DNA from: an uncultured Nitrososphaerota archaeon
GTDB taxonomy: Archaea; Thermoproteota; Nitrososphaeria; Nitrososphaerales; CADDZS01
Length of the DNA: 64,000 nucleotides
Reading direction: 5' to 3'
Assembly: GCA_963799845.1 (NCBI GenBank)
Contig: CAWCYI010000006.1
Span: forward strand, 1,687,266-1,751,265
Every line of letters starts with the position of its first letter. Within the stretch, counting starts at the first letter, position 1. The position numbers were made by a program, and so were the translations under genes. Positions 41,369 to 52,256 of this stretch are shown here, one piece after another. The notes beneath the pieces are model-generated. The model was not told the DNA's origin. It worked only from the letters and a program-made list of their open reading frames with translations, and did no database searches.

Positions 41369-42846
41369 TTATTCAAACGCCTGCTTGGAATCAATGTTGA
41401 TGTGCTTTATTTCAGTGAATTCGTTCAACCCTTCGATCCCCCTTAATCGTCCTAACCCGCTCTGTTTGTAGCCCCCGAATTCGGCCGGTGCGTAGTTTTT
41501 GCCGTAGGTATTGATCCAGACAGTTCCAGCTTTTACCTTTCTTGATACCTTCAAAGCCCTATCGAGATTCTTTGTCCATACAGCCGCAGCGAGCCCGTAT
41601 TTCGTGTCATTCGCCATCTCGATCGCCTCGTCTTCGTTCTCAAATGTTGCTACAGAAAGAACAGGTCCAAAAATCTCTTCCTGTGCTATCTTGGAATCTT
41701 TAGGCACGGCGTCGAAAATTGTTGGGGAAATGAAAAATCCCTTCGATAACTGTTCTTTTTCCAGCCTGCTTCCTCCAGTTACAAGTTTAGCGGATCGTTT
41801 ACCTTCGTCGATAAACTCAATGACCTTTTCCATCTGAGCCTCTGATATCAATGGACCAAGCTCGACGCTGGGATCAATTCCGTAGCCGACCTTCATTTGA
41901 TTTGCTAATTTTGAAGCCTCTAAAATGAACTTATCATGGATTGCTTTGTCTATGAGAAGCCTACTCCCGGCGAAACAAACTTGACCTGAAGTGAGAAAAG
42001 CACCTCTTATCGCAGCGGTTATTGCTTTTTCAAACGGTGCATCAGCAAAGACGATATTCGGTGACTTGCCTCCAAGCTCAAGTGAGAGCTTCTTTACGTT
42101 GTTAGATGCCAATCTCATAATTTCTTTGCCTGTTTCCGTCTCTCCCGTGAAACTAACCATGTCCACAGTTTCGTTTCGTGCGAGTTCTCTTCCTATCGTC
42201 GACCCAGACCCAGTTATACAATTGACAATGCCATCAGGGAATTTGTTCGTCGAGTGCAACAACTGGATGAATCTGTAGTTAGTTACCGGAGTTATGCTCG
42301 ACGGTTTTATTATGACAGAATTGCCGGCAGCTGAGAGCAGGAGCTGAGGGATCTTATTAGTAACAGAAGGGGCCAATTCCATGGGGTAATTATTGCAACT
42401 ACCCCGATTGGTTCCCTGACTAAAAGAGCAAAAGAGGTTGGTGAGAGGTCTATCGATTTTCCATAAACATTTCTTGCCAAACCAGAATAATATTCTAGGG
42501 TATCAATACAGACATTCAACTCTAAATCTGCATCTCGGGTGGTCTTGCCTGCATCTTTCACCAGGAGTTCGACCAATTCCGATCGATGTTCTTCCATTTG
42601 TGATGCAAGCAAGTACAATGCCTTGGAGCGGGCTGTTGGATTGACAGACCAGTCTGTAGATTCAAATGCCCTTGCCGCAATATCCACAGCCTCTTTCGCG
42701 ATGTCTATGCCACTTTGTGGAGTGGTCCCGACCAATTCTCCTGTAGCCGGATTGTAAGATCTGATAATTTCATTGTTGTCTGTGACGAGAAATTTTCCGC
42801 CGATGTAATTCTCACAAATCAGAGGAGAATCAAAATGCATATCCAA
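41369..42846 (-). CDS. NAD(P)-dependent aldehyde dehydrogenase, frameshifted near 42345
   Basis: ITPWNWP, FTGETETG, LELGGKSP, GQVCFAGSR, EEIFGPV, FGGYKQSG. Confidence 0.92.
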
Positions 42847-43031
42847 CTGGTTAACTTCAGTCTTATAATAGGCTTAATTTGGAATCTAAAACACCCCATT
42901 TTGCACCAAACATAAGACTACAGCGGGTCCAAATGCCGACTCGAATTTTAAAAATGCTAGATCAACCGTTCTGACTTACTGAGCAATACAAAACACGCGT
43001 CCATTCGGTCAGTTAATTGGCGTCATTAACA

Positions 43032-45467
43032 TCAAACACCCGAGCACAATTTCCAAACTTCTTCAGGAGTAAGCGGAAGACGGGTGACCTCTCTTCCAGA
43101 TCCGTAGATTGCATCCGATAGAGCGTTAGCAATTGCAGCAGGAACAGTTTCTGTACTACTTTCACCCGCACCCTTTGAACCTAAAGTGGTAAATGGCGAA
43201 GGAGATACAACATGATCTATTCGCGGAGCGTAGTGCTCCATTGCCGTCGGACATAGATAGTCAATGAAGGTTGACGCTTGCAACTGTCCATCCTTGTCAT
43301 ACAACAGCTCTTCGTACAATGCTCCCGCAAGACCGTGTAGAAATGCACCATGAACTTGTCCTTCAAGGATGAGAGGATTAATCACAGTCCCAACATCGTG
43401 AACAGTCGCGTAATCGAGAATCTTCATTTTCCCAGTAGCTTGGTCAATTTCAACTACAGCTACGTCTGCTGCAAAACCGTAGGTTCCAGATGAATTAACT
43501 CTGTCGTGATCATCAGGAGGCTTCAGCGTAGCCAGATTGAACTGACAGTAGCCAAAAAGCCCGGGTTCAACATCAGGAGGCAACGAATCAGGATTCCAGT
43601 GGGCAATTCCTGCTATGTGTCTGAAGCTTATCTTTTTCTCGGGAGAGGATCTCACGTACACATATCCTCCACTTGCATCAAGCTCGTTGTATTTTACTCC
43701 CAGAGACTTTGCCGCTATCTTCAAGACCTTTTCTTGAACTCTTCTGCTCGCTACCGCGACCGCGCTAGTACCTACTGAAGCAAATCTACTCGAATAAGTA
43801 CCAGACGAAACGGTCCACATGTTTTCTACAACACTAAAGTTTGTGTCCACATACACGTCCTCGGGTTTGATTCCCAATTCGTCGCTGACAATCTGCGTAA
43901 TAACCGTCTCGTGCCCTTGACCTTGAGGATTGGAGTCGATTTTGACAACCACCTTTCCACTGGGTTCCACCTTAACACTTGCAGTGTGCGCACCTCCGGA
44001 CTTTGGAAGATAGTCTTTGCGATTCCTAAGATTTGGGTCGAAAGCAAGGGTAACATAGCCCATGTTAGAGACAGATGGGTCTACTGCTACTGCTATCCCA
44101 ATCCCAATAAGTCGACCCTCTTTCTTCAAAGTCTGTTGTTTCTTTTTCCATTCTAGGTAATTTCCAAGCTCCAGAGCTCTAATCAGGACACGTGAATAAT
44201 CACCACTATCATAAAGACCACCCGTAGGGGTCAGATACGGAAACTCGTCAGATTTTATGAAGTTCTTAAGCCGAATCTCGGCAGCAGATAGACCTAGTTT
44301 GTTTGCTAGTTTGTCCATTATCCGCTCCCAACAAAAGTACAAATGTTGGCAACCATATCCCCGATTTGGACCGGTGGGACATTTGTTTGTCACCACTGCA
44401 TATGCATCCAATTCCACGTTTCTCACCCTGTAAGGGCCCACTATATTCCCTATTGACCGGAATATGCTACCTGGCTCTGGTGCTCTAACATATGCCCCCA
44501 TGTTATCCATGAATCTTGCAGACATCACGGTCAGGGTACCATCTTTCTTCGCTCCAACTTTGATGACCGCTAGTCTGTCGACATGAGACGAAGCGGCAAG
44601 CAGATGCTCTTTTCGTGATTCAATCCACTTGATGGGAACTCCAAATTTCATTGAGGCGAGCGAAATAAGAGCGATGTGTGGAAACATGCTACTCTTGATC
44701 CCAAATCCTCCGCCGTTGTCTCTTGGTATCTCAAATCGTAGTTTATCGGAGGATAGACGGAGCGCCTTTACCACCAAGCCGAACATTGTCCACGGACCCT
44801 GAAAGTTGGACTGGACAGTCACAACTCCAGTTGCTTTGTCGTAACTAGATAGAACTGCAAATGTCTCGAGCGGGCATGATGTGTACCTAGGAAAATAATA
44901 TTCATCTTCGACAATAACTTCTGCTTCGTCAAGAGCTTTTTCTGGTTCGCCGTATTTCAGATGCCTATGCATCGCGATGTTGCTGTTCAATTCATCATGA
45001 AGGATTGGGGCACTTCCACTAATGGCATCTTTGATGTCAACCACTGAGGCGAGAGGCACATACAGTACCTCGACTAGTTCTGCCGCATCTTCGGCGGTAT
45101 ACGGATCCTTCGCAACCACCACGGCGACTGGCTCTCCTACATACCTAGCTTTATCAATCGCTGCGGCGTACTGCTGCGGCGGATTTGTTATTCCGACAGG
45201 AAAAGGATCGGACATCTCACCAACTTCTTTTCCGGTCAAAACCCCTAATACACCAGGATGATCTAGGGCCTTACTTACATCGATTGACTCGATCCTTGCA
45301 TGAGCATAAGGGCTTCTAACAATGGATGCATAATACATTCCTGCAATTTTGAAATCGTCGAGAAACTTGCCCGAGCCTGCGAGTAATCGTCTATCCTCGA
45401 CCCGGAGCATCGCTGATCCAGTCAATCTCAATCGAGACTTGGGTTTCTCTAATATTGCAACTTCCAA
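43032..45467 (-). CDS. Xanthine-dehydrogenase-family Mo-binding large subunit, HmfA (2-furoyl-CoA dehydrogenase)-like
   Basis: RSPYAHARI, GGGFGIK, PNRGYG, QGQGHET, GSKGAGE. PSVSNMGY, SSGTYSSRFA, HWNP and DRVNSS match my recollection of the HmfA clade. Confidence 0.85.
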   Translation of the reverse strand: MEVAILEKPKSRLRLTGSAMLRVEDRRLLAGSGKFLDDFKIAGMYYASIVRSPYAHARIESIDVSKALDHPGVLGVLTGKEVGEMSDPFPVGITNPPQQYAAAIDKARYVGEPVAVVVAKDPYTAEDAAELVEVLYVPLASVVDIKDAISGSAPILHDELNSNIAMHRHLKYGEPEKALDEAEVIVEDEYYFPRYTSCPLETFAVLSSYDKATGVVTVQSNFQGPWTMFGLVVKALRLSSDKLRFEIPRDNGGGFGIKSSMFPHIALISLASMKFGVPIKWIESRKEHLLAASSHVDRLAVIKVGAKKDGTLTVMSARFMDNMGAYVRAPEPGSIFRSIGNIVGPYRVRNVELDAYAVVTNKCPTGPNRGYGCQHLYFCWERIMDKLANKLGLSAAEIRLKNFIKSDEFPYLTPTGGLYDSGDYSRVLIRALELGNYLEWKKKQQTLKKEGRLIGIGIAVAVDPSVSNMGYVTLAFDPNLRNRKDYLPKSGGAHTASVKVEPSGKVVVKIDSNPQGQGHETVITQIVSDELGIKPEDVYVDTNFSVVENMWTVSSGTYSSRFASVGTSAVAVASRRVQEKVLKIAAKSLGVKYNELDASGGYVYVRSSPEKKISFRHIAGIAHWNPDSLPPDVEPGLFGYCQFNLATLKPPDDHDRVNSSGTYGFAADVAVVEIDQATGKMKILDYATVHDVGTVINPLILEGQVHGAFLHGLAGALYEELLYDKDGQLQASTFIDYLCPTAMEHYAPRIDHVVSPSPFTTLGSKGAGESSTETVPAAIANALSDAIYGSGREVTRLPLTPEEVWKLCSGV

Positions 45468-45724
45468 TGCAAACGTAACCTCTTATCCATCCGCTGGTAA
45501 TTTCTTTTTGCGTCTTAAACGTTCCATAGATTGCCCGTTATTGATTTAGTTCTTCAACAAAGAACCAAATTTCAAACATGGGACCGTGTTAAGCGAATAG
45601 ATTTGGAAAGTAGAAATTGACGATCGCTTGGAAATCAATGGAGTTGCCAGTATGATCTTGAGAGATTAGCATTGACGGCGACGTTCTAAAACAAATAAAT
45701 GAGAATGATTCGGCATCTCGTAAT

Positions 45725-46069
45725 ATGGTTAAGCCAGAACTTGAGTTCTTCGATGTAGATCAGATCGAATGGCAGCCGATTGCCGAATCTCCAGGGACGT
45801 GGGAAAGAATACTAAGTAAAGACCCTAACACACAGTCGTACACCCGAATGCTTCGATTTAACCCAAAAGCAACGACCAAGGACACACTTTCTCATGATTT
45901 TTGGGAAGAAGTATACATTGTGAGTGGAAGCCTCAAGGACCTGGGGAAAGACAAGTTGTTCACAAAGGGAATGTATGCTTGTCGACCACCTGGAATGAAG
46001 CATGGTCCTTACCACTCTCCAGACGGCTGCGTGACAGTTGAAATGCGGTACTATCCAGAGAGATATTAA
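45725..46069 (+). CDS. ChrR-like / DUF4437-type cupin
   Basis: HDFWEEVYIVSG, YACRPPGMKHGP. Confidence 0.8.
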   Translation: MVKPELEFFDVDQIEWQPIAESPGTWERILSKDPNTQSYTRMLRFNPKATTKDTLSHDFWEEVYIVSGSLKDLGKDKLFTKGMYACRPPGMKHGPYHSPDGCVTVEMRYYPERY

Positions 46070-46728
46070 TGAAACACGAATTTGAAGTAGAAACTCCTGA
46101 TGGATTAACCAGACTCCAGTTTGAGGTAATGCGTCTCGTCGCGGCAGGCTACACCGGCAGGAACAGAAACGATGTCTTGCGCCACATCGAAGAGTTGAGC
46201 AAACTTGGAGTGAAACCACCGGATAAGGTTCCCGCAAAATATGTTCTATCCCCTGAACAACTGACGACTGACAAAAAGATCTGGGTTCATGGAGACTCGA
46301 CTAGTGGGGAAGTCGAGTACGTAATTCTGATCGGATCTGAAATCTACATAGGTGTTGGAAGTGATCACACCGACAGGGAGATCGAAAAAAGCGACGTACT
46401 AGAGTCGAAGAGAGTATGTCCAAAGGTGATGGGAGCTAGGATTTGGCGGCTCTCTGACTTGGAGGGACATTGGGATAGTCTCGTCCTCAGCTCTTGGATT
46501 CAAGAAAAGGGAGAAGAGATTCCCTACCAGCGTTCGGATCTGACGTTGATGATGTTGCCGCATGATATCCTTAGAGAGATGGACGAGAAAGAACAAGGCA
46601 CAGTGATTTTCTCTGGTACTCCAGTTCTATTGCGAGAAACAACATACGCCGCCCATTTCAAGGAGAGATTACATGATCCTATCCTTCGTCGACTTATTGA
46701 TCATGAATATGATGTGGAAGTAAGATAG
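46069..46728 (+). CDS. DUF2848-family protein (FAH-like fold)
   Basis: AGYTGRN...HIEEL, TSGEVE, VGSDHTDR, SKRVCPK. Confidence 0.85.
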   Translation: MKHEFEVETPDGLTRLQFEVMRLVAAGYTGRNRNDVLRHIEELSKLGVKPPDKVPAKYVLSPEQLTTDKKIWVHGDSTSGEVEYVILIGSEIYIGVGSDHTDREIEKSDVLESKRVCPKVMGARIWRLSDLEGHWDSLVLSSWIQEKGEEIPYQRSDLTLMMLPHDILREMDEKEQGTVIFSGTPVLLRETTYAAHFKERLHDPILRRLIDHEYDVEVR

Positions 46729-46911
46729 ACAGAACACTCACATCAGACCAGGATGCAATTGAACTTAGGGCGTGTAACGAGAGGCCAACGCGGCGATGAT
46801 TCGGGTATAGGGTTGGGAATAATTACTCCAGCCAAACTGCTAGTGTTTCCGGAAACAAATGCGGCCACGGTAATGATATTAGATCTGGCTAGGCTTGACT
46901 AGAGAAATCGA

Positions 46912-48306
46912 TTATCCATTCTTTTCCGCAGATCGATTGAGCGAACCACCACTGTATTTTGAGAATATGGCCTCTACTTCTTCCAAGGCGACCTGGGACA
47001 CTACACCGACAGGCGGGTAGTTCTGCAGGAGAGGTTTTGCCGTGGCATCGATGCCAACCTTCGAAGTGATACCTTCCTCGCTGCAGGAGGGGTCAAGATC
47101 TGAACCCCGAGAATTACGGATGACCAAGATGTCTCTGTCAGGCTGAACCCTGGTTGCCATCGCCCATAGAACTTGCCTCGTATCCTGAACATCAATATCG
47201 TCGTCAACTACAACTACTTGTTTCATATAAAGGTCGGAAGTGAAGGCCGCGAGCAGAGCATTTATCCCCTGACCTTGGGCTCGCTTCTTGATAGAAATAA
47301 AGCACGTAAGCCCGGTTGGTACATGCACGTCCGTGATCGATGGGACGGCTGCTCTAACTCCTTTGAAAATATTCGCCTCCATCGGGATTGCACCCATGAG
47401 TAGATGCTCGTAATGAGATCCACTACAAATCGTTTGATATATGGCATCGTTTCTGTGAGTTATAGCCTTCACTCGAACAACTGGTTTCTTGGCAGCGTCC
47501 ACCATGTAACCGGCAAACTCACAGAATGGTCCCTCATCATCGAGTTCGTCTGGGAGTATCTCCCCCTCGATTACCAATTCTGAACTAGCCGGCACTTCGA
47601 TGTTTACGGTCTTGGCGGGAACTATCTCCAACGATTTCCCAATCAAGCCTCCAATAATATCGTATTCATCGACGCCGAAAGCACCAGGGTATAGAGAGCC
47701 GAGTGAAATACCAGGATGATTGCCTAATACGACACAGATTTCAAGAGATCTCCCTAGATCCTTCGCAGCCCTATGGCACTCCCACAAATGCTTACCGACC
47801 GTCATATGGATGCACATCTTATTCCTGTCTTTGATCATCAGCCGGTTGTAACTTAGGTTCCTTATCCCAGTCTTCGGGTGCTTTGCGATCACCAGCCCCG
47901 CGGTGATGTAAGGTCCGCCCTCATTTTGATGAAAAAAGATCTCGGGTAAATCAAAGAGATTTACATCATCTCCTTGGATGATGCACTCGTGGATCGGGGA
48001 ATCAGAGACTATGGTTGGTTTATGCGGGTTATCCAGGGCAGAAAGGTACCTGTTGAAGAGTTCGTCCCTGCTAACTCCGAGAGATCTCGCTATCCTTTTT
48101 CTGGAGGCACAGACATTAACCACACACGGAAACTTACTTCCGCGAACATTTTTGAATAGAATTATGGGAGATTTGCGCGAACGCTCAAATCGGTCTACTA
48201 CTGCCATGATTTGGTATTTAGGATCAATTTCTTCGTTCACGACAATGTAGTCCTCATTATTTGGACTAGCATTCTGAACTGCTTCCAAGTACTCTCTAAG
48301 GCTCAT
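46912..48306 (-). CDS. UbiD-family (prFMN-dependent) decarboxylase
   Basis: GGPYITAG, RNLSYNR, EGPFCEFAGY, VVVVDDDID, WAMATR, LDPS, KVGIDAT. Confidence 0.93.
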   Translation of the reverse strand: MSLREYLEAVQNASPNNEDYIVVNEEIDPKYQIMAVVDRFERSRKSPIILFKNVRGSKFPCVVNVCASRKRIARSLGVSRDELFNRYLSALDNPHKPTIVSDSPIHECIIQGDDVNLFDLPEIFFHQNEGGPYITAGLVIAKHPKTGIRNLSYNRLMIKDRNKMCIHMTVGKHLWECHRAAKDLGRSLEICVVLGNHPGISLGSLYPGAFGVDEYDIIGGLIGKSLEIVPAKTVNIEVPASSELVIEGEILPDELDDEGPFCEFAGYMVDAAKKPVVRVKAITHRNDAIYQTICSGSHYEHLLMGAIPMEANIFKGVRAAVPSITDVHVPTGLTCFISIKKRAQGQGINALLAAFTSDLYMKQVVVVDDDIDVQDTRQVLWAMATRVQPDRDILVIRNSRGSDLDPSCSEEGITSKVGIDATAKPLLQNYPPVGVVSQVALEEVEAIFSKYSGGSLNRSAEKNG

Positions 48307-48607
48307 ATTAAGCTAGAAAGACGACAAGGGCTTATCTATTTAAGGAGTAAAATTTCGTTGTTCTATTCAATTCTTTGCTCCTTGAGATTGGAAGCCATAC
48401 TTTTGTGCATGGCAAACGTAAATGACAGGAAATTACTTGGCGTCAAGAATGCTCGGTACGAAGCGTGGGGAACCTAACAATACCCAATTATCAAAATATA
48501 TCTCGCAAAATAATTTTGTCTTCGACAGGTCAAATTGATACAATCGAGCTTCCGCTAACAAGAAGAAAATGAAGAAAAATTCCTTTCGGCACGATGATTA
48601 ATGAATC

Positions 48608-49396
48608 TCAGGTACTGAGCCTATATGATGTACTTTTTGTCTGTGAGAGTACGGGCATTGATTCTCGAACTGTATTGAGTCGATTTTTGTCGAGATGTGC
48701 GATCTCCAATCTTTCGCCGCCACCGAGATCGAGATCTGTTATCCCATCGGGTCCTATGAGAGAGCTTCGTCCAATGAACTGGGGAGCGCTATTTCCTACT
48801 CCGACGACGTATTCTGTGTTTTCTAAAGCACGCGCGCGTAGAAATGTCAACCATACCTCTTCTTTTGCGAAACCTCTGTACCACCCTGCAGGCACTAGTA
48901 GCACTTCAGAACCGTTGAGGGCCAAAAGGCGGCTCAATTCGGGAAACCGGATATCGTAACATATGATAAGACCAAAATTCCAACCTTCGAGATTAAATGA
49001 GACTGCTTCATTCCCAGGCTTGAAGACGTCCCCTTCCCTCACACCGAGAGCGTTGAAGAGATTTATCTTTCTGTATCGTCCATTCGTCTTACCTTTCTCA
49101 ATGAAAACGGCAGTGTCGAATAGATTGCCCTTATCCTCTTCGTATATTGGCAAAATTGCAGAAACATTAGTTGAAGCGGATGCGTCTATAACAGAACCGA
49201 CAAAATCTCCCGTTATTGGCTCTGCAAGTTTCTCGACGTATTCTCGAGGAGCCCCGTCCTTGTTAACTCCCATACAATATTCAGGGAAGACTACAAGGTC
49301 TGCAGCACCTTCGCATTTCTTAATGACGCTTACTATCTTGGCAAGGTTGTCTTGTTTTGAAGGTATGCAATTCATTTGACTTAGGGCGACTTTCAA
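48608..49396 (-). CDS. Carbon-nitrogen hydrolase (Nit/omega-amidase-like)
   Basis: E-K-C triad in FPEY, YRKINLF, ICYDIRFPE; RARALEN. Confidence 0.92.
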   Translation of the reverse strand: MKVALSQMNCIPSKQDNLAKIVSVIKKCEGAADLVVFPEYCMGVNKDGAPREYVEKLAEPITGDFVGSVIDASASTNVSAILPIYEEDKGNLFDTAVFIEKGKTNGRYRKINLFNALGVREGDVFKPGNEAVSFNLEGWNFGLIICYDIRFPELSRLLALNGSEVLLVPAGWYRGFAKEEVWLTFLRARALENTEYVVGVGNSAPQFIGRSSLIGPDGITDLDLGGGERLEIAHLDKNRLNTVRESMPVLSQTKSTSYRLST

Positions 49397-49822
49397 ATTT
49401 CCTTCTTCCTTTTACGGTTCGAACAAACTATGAATTGGGTATTAAAAGTAAGTTGTGGGTACGCTGCAGATTTGAGTCTTGACTATCTGAAGGGATAGAA
49501 CTTCGAAAAATCGCTTTGAATCTGACTGAGAGAATCGAGTCGTCCCCGTAAATGAAGTATGATTTACATTCATATTCCCTGAATATTTAGGGCTCGAGGT
49601 AGTGAAAATTCCATCAAACATCAGTCAAGCATGGGTGATCTTTTGATATGTTCTTGGATTGACAGGAATGTAGAATTGCCTTCAGGAATCTTATCTCCCC
49701 CGGAATGTTCAATGGACTCGGCAAACAATCTAGCTCCTGGCGGGGATCTCTCTATAAGATCCGACTCGGGCTGGAAAGATTATAGTACTTCTAGAATAAG
49801 TTAGAAATGAAGAGGATAATTC

Positions 49823-50824
49823 TTGGCAATCAGTTTGATGCTTAGCGGGAATGGGAACTTTGACTCCAGGAAAATTTCAGATCTTTCAAGAAATGTCGAG
49901 AAAGTAGGATTAGATTGCTTGTGGTTCGGTGAAACTACTTCTAGAGACGCTTCTGTCCAAGCGACAGTGGCCGCCATCGCAACAGAAAAAATCAAAATAG
50001 GAACCTCCATAGTGAACATTTTCACAAGATCACCTGGTCAATTGGCGATGATGGGCGAAACGATAAACGAACTTTCATCGGGCCGTTTCACCCTTGGTCT
50101 AGGAGTAAGCTCTACACCAATAATTCAAGGTTGGCACGGGATGAGCTTCAATCAGCCTAATCGAAGGATGGAGGAAGTCGCTCAACTGGTGAAGTGTTAC
50201 TTTTCGGGGGAGAGGTTCAGTAAAGAAGGCAAGTTTTTTGCTCCCCGAAACGCGAGACTCCGAATCGGCCCACCACCAAGACTTGCTTTGGCTGCTCTCG
50301 GAGATCGAATGATCTTGAGGGCATCGAGATTGGCGGACAAAATCATACTGAATTTTCGTCCGGCGGATAGAATCAATGATGTCAGGAGCAAAGTGTCAGA
50401 ATATGTAAGCACCCTAGGTAAAGAGAAACCTCAACTTTCAGTCATGCTATATTTTGTTTTGGACGAAGGTGATCAAACCGGTATCGAAGTAGCCAGGGAG
50501 CTAATAAATTTCTACATGTATTCCGACTCTTATTGCAAACTTTTCACAAGTTTGGGATTTTCCTCTGAGGTGAATGCTGCTTCACGAGCGATTGCGAAAG
50601 GGGTTGCAACAGAGGCTAGAAAAAACATCTCTGAGAACATGATTGAAAAACTTCTCGTTGTTGGTGATATGAAAAAATTAATGGATCGAGCAAATGCGTG
50701 TCTTCAAAACGGCGCTGACGAAGTATTGCTAGTTCCTTCTCCATTCGGAAGTTACGAGAATTACATCAAACATATAGTTGCAGAGTATAGAAGTAAGAGT
50801 AATGAAAGTTACAATAACGCCTAA
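49823..50824 (+). CDS. LLM-class oxidoreductase
   Basis: WFGE, IGTSIVNIFTRSP, GRFTLGLG, LAALGDRM. Confidence 0.88.
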   Translation: MAISLMLSGNGNFDSRKISDLSRNVEKVGLDCLWFGETTSRDASVQATVAAIATEKIKIGTSIVNIFTRSPGQLAMMGETINELSSGRFTLGLGVSSTPIIQGWHGMSFNQPNRRMEEVAQLVKCYFSGERFSKEGKFFAPRNARLRIGPPPRLALAALGDRMILRASRLADKIILNFRPADRINDVRSKVSEYVSTLGKEKPQLSVMLYFVLDEGDQTGIEVARELINFYMYSDSYCKLFTSLGFSSEVNAASRAIAKGVATEARKNISENMIEKLLVVGDMKKLMDRANACLQNGADEVLLVPSPFGSYENYIKHIVAEYRSKSNESYNNA

Positions 50825-51009
50825 ATCGAATTAGGAGCTAATCAAAGCTCCGCTACAAGTTTGAATTGGTTAGGTGAGTTAGTTTGGAGCGTTTCTCTGT
50901 AGGAATAAGAAAACAAAACACTGAGATGATGTAGCGATAGAATATTGAGTTTGAGAAATAAGGTAAACCCGCATAGCTTAAATTGAATATTTTTCTCGGC
51001 ATCTTTTCC

Positions 51010-52146
51010 ATGGAGAATAGTAAATGGAATGAAGCCATAGACAGAATCATGACTAGAATAGACAATACTGTTGCATCACAACTAGATTACTTCCCGCATT
51101 ATGCTGACCCTACGACTGGAATATGGACAACGACACCTAATGGGGATTGGACCGGCGGATTCTGGATTGGACTGCTCTGGCTCGCGCACAAGTATACCCT
51201 GGATCCGAAGTATGTAAGATCAGCAGAATATTGGCTTGAGAAACTTCGTAAACGAATCAATTCACAGACAGTCTTTCGCGGATTCTTGTTTTATTATGGT
51301 GGTGCTATTGCAGAAATATTGTTTGCAAATACTAAAGCTAGAGAAATCGCCCTACTGGGAGCGGAGGGACTTTGTAAGCTATACAACGAGAAAGCTAAAC
51401 TGATACCATTGGGTGCCGAGGCTGAAGAAGCCAGTCATGTGGGACTAGCGGAGACGAATGTTGATTGCGTGATGCTGATAGCACTCCTTTCTTGGGCGTC
51501 GGAAAAGACAGGGAATCAGAAACTGCGAGAAATGGGAGTTCAGAATGCTAGGAGTCACGTACGACTATGCGTTCGGGATGACGGATCAGTTTGTCAATCC
51601 GCGTCTTTCGACACTAACACTGGGAGATTCGTCGCCAGATACACCCACAAGGGATTCTCGGATGATAGCACGTGGTCCAGAGCACAGGCTTGGGGCATGC
51701 TCGGATATTCACTCGCAGCCGCGAGCGCTCCCCACGAGGAAGAGTTTCTGAAAGTAGCGATTAAGGTTTCAGACTGGTGGATAGATCACGTTCCAGAAGA
51801 TAAGATTGCATTCTGGGATTTTGACGATCCAAAAGTCCCCTTGGTTGAAAGAGATACCTCAGCAACAGCCATTGCCACAAGTTCTTTGCTGAAGCTTTCA
51901 AAATTGGTAAAGAACTCGCAAAGGCAAAAATACATTCATGCCGCGGAAGAAACTTTGGAAAATCTTGTGAATCATCATATGACTCCTCTACATGAGAATG
52001 AATCTAGATCTGGCGGGATGCTTCTCCACGGTTGCTACAACAAGAAAATCAAATTAGCGACGAATAACGAACTTGTTTGGGGCGACTACTTTTTTCTAGA
52101 AGGTCTACTCGATCTAAATGGATCGTTTGGTGAGCGCATAATCTAA
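51010..52146 (+). CDS. GH88-family (unsaturated glucuronyl hydrolase-like) protein with a divergent active site
   Basis: DWTGGFW, STWSRAQAWG, WDFD, RDTSATAI, WGDYFFLE. Confidence 0.88.
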   Translation: MENSKWNEAIDRIMTRIDNTVASQLDYFPHYADPTTGIWTTTPNGDWTGGFWIGLLWLAHKYTLDPKYVRSAEYWLEKLRKRINSQTVFRGFLFYYGGAIAEILFANTKAREIALLGAEGLCKLYNEKAKLIPLGAEAEEASHVGLAETNVDCVMLIALLSWASEKTGNQKLREMGVQNARSHVRLCVRDDGSVCQSASFDTNTGRFVARYTHKGFSDDSTWSRAQAWGMLGYSLAAASAPHEEEFLKVAIKVSDWWIDHVPEDKIAFWDFDDPKVPLVERDTSATAIATSSLLKLSKLVKNSQRQKYIHAAEETLENLVNHHMTPLHENESRSGGMLLHGCYNKKIKLATNNELVWGDYFFLEGLLDLNGSFGERII

Positions 52147-52256
52147 TCCCAAATTCAAAAGCAAAAATTTCTCAACTTTTCTTGGGCATCCCCTAAAACA
52201 ATCCAATTAACCAGTTCTGAACCTACAGAAAACCAACCTAACTTTCCTTGTGTTAC

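Noticed and set aside
1668-42846. Multiple frameshifts (about 1880, 3341, 9220, 11465, 24715, 38440, 39770, 42345) as programmed recoding or mass pseudogenisation
   Set aside because: They are scattered single indels in otherwise intact genes with no shared slippery motif, best explained as long-read consensus errors. Raw reads are needed to confirm.
43032-45467. Aerobic CO dehydrogenase CoxL
   Set aside because: The AYxCSFR / AYxGAGR active-site loop is absent; the equivalent reads PNRGYGC.
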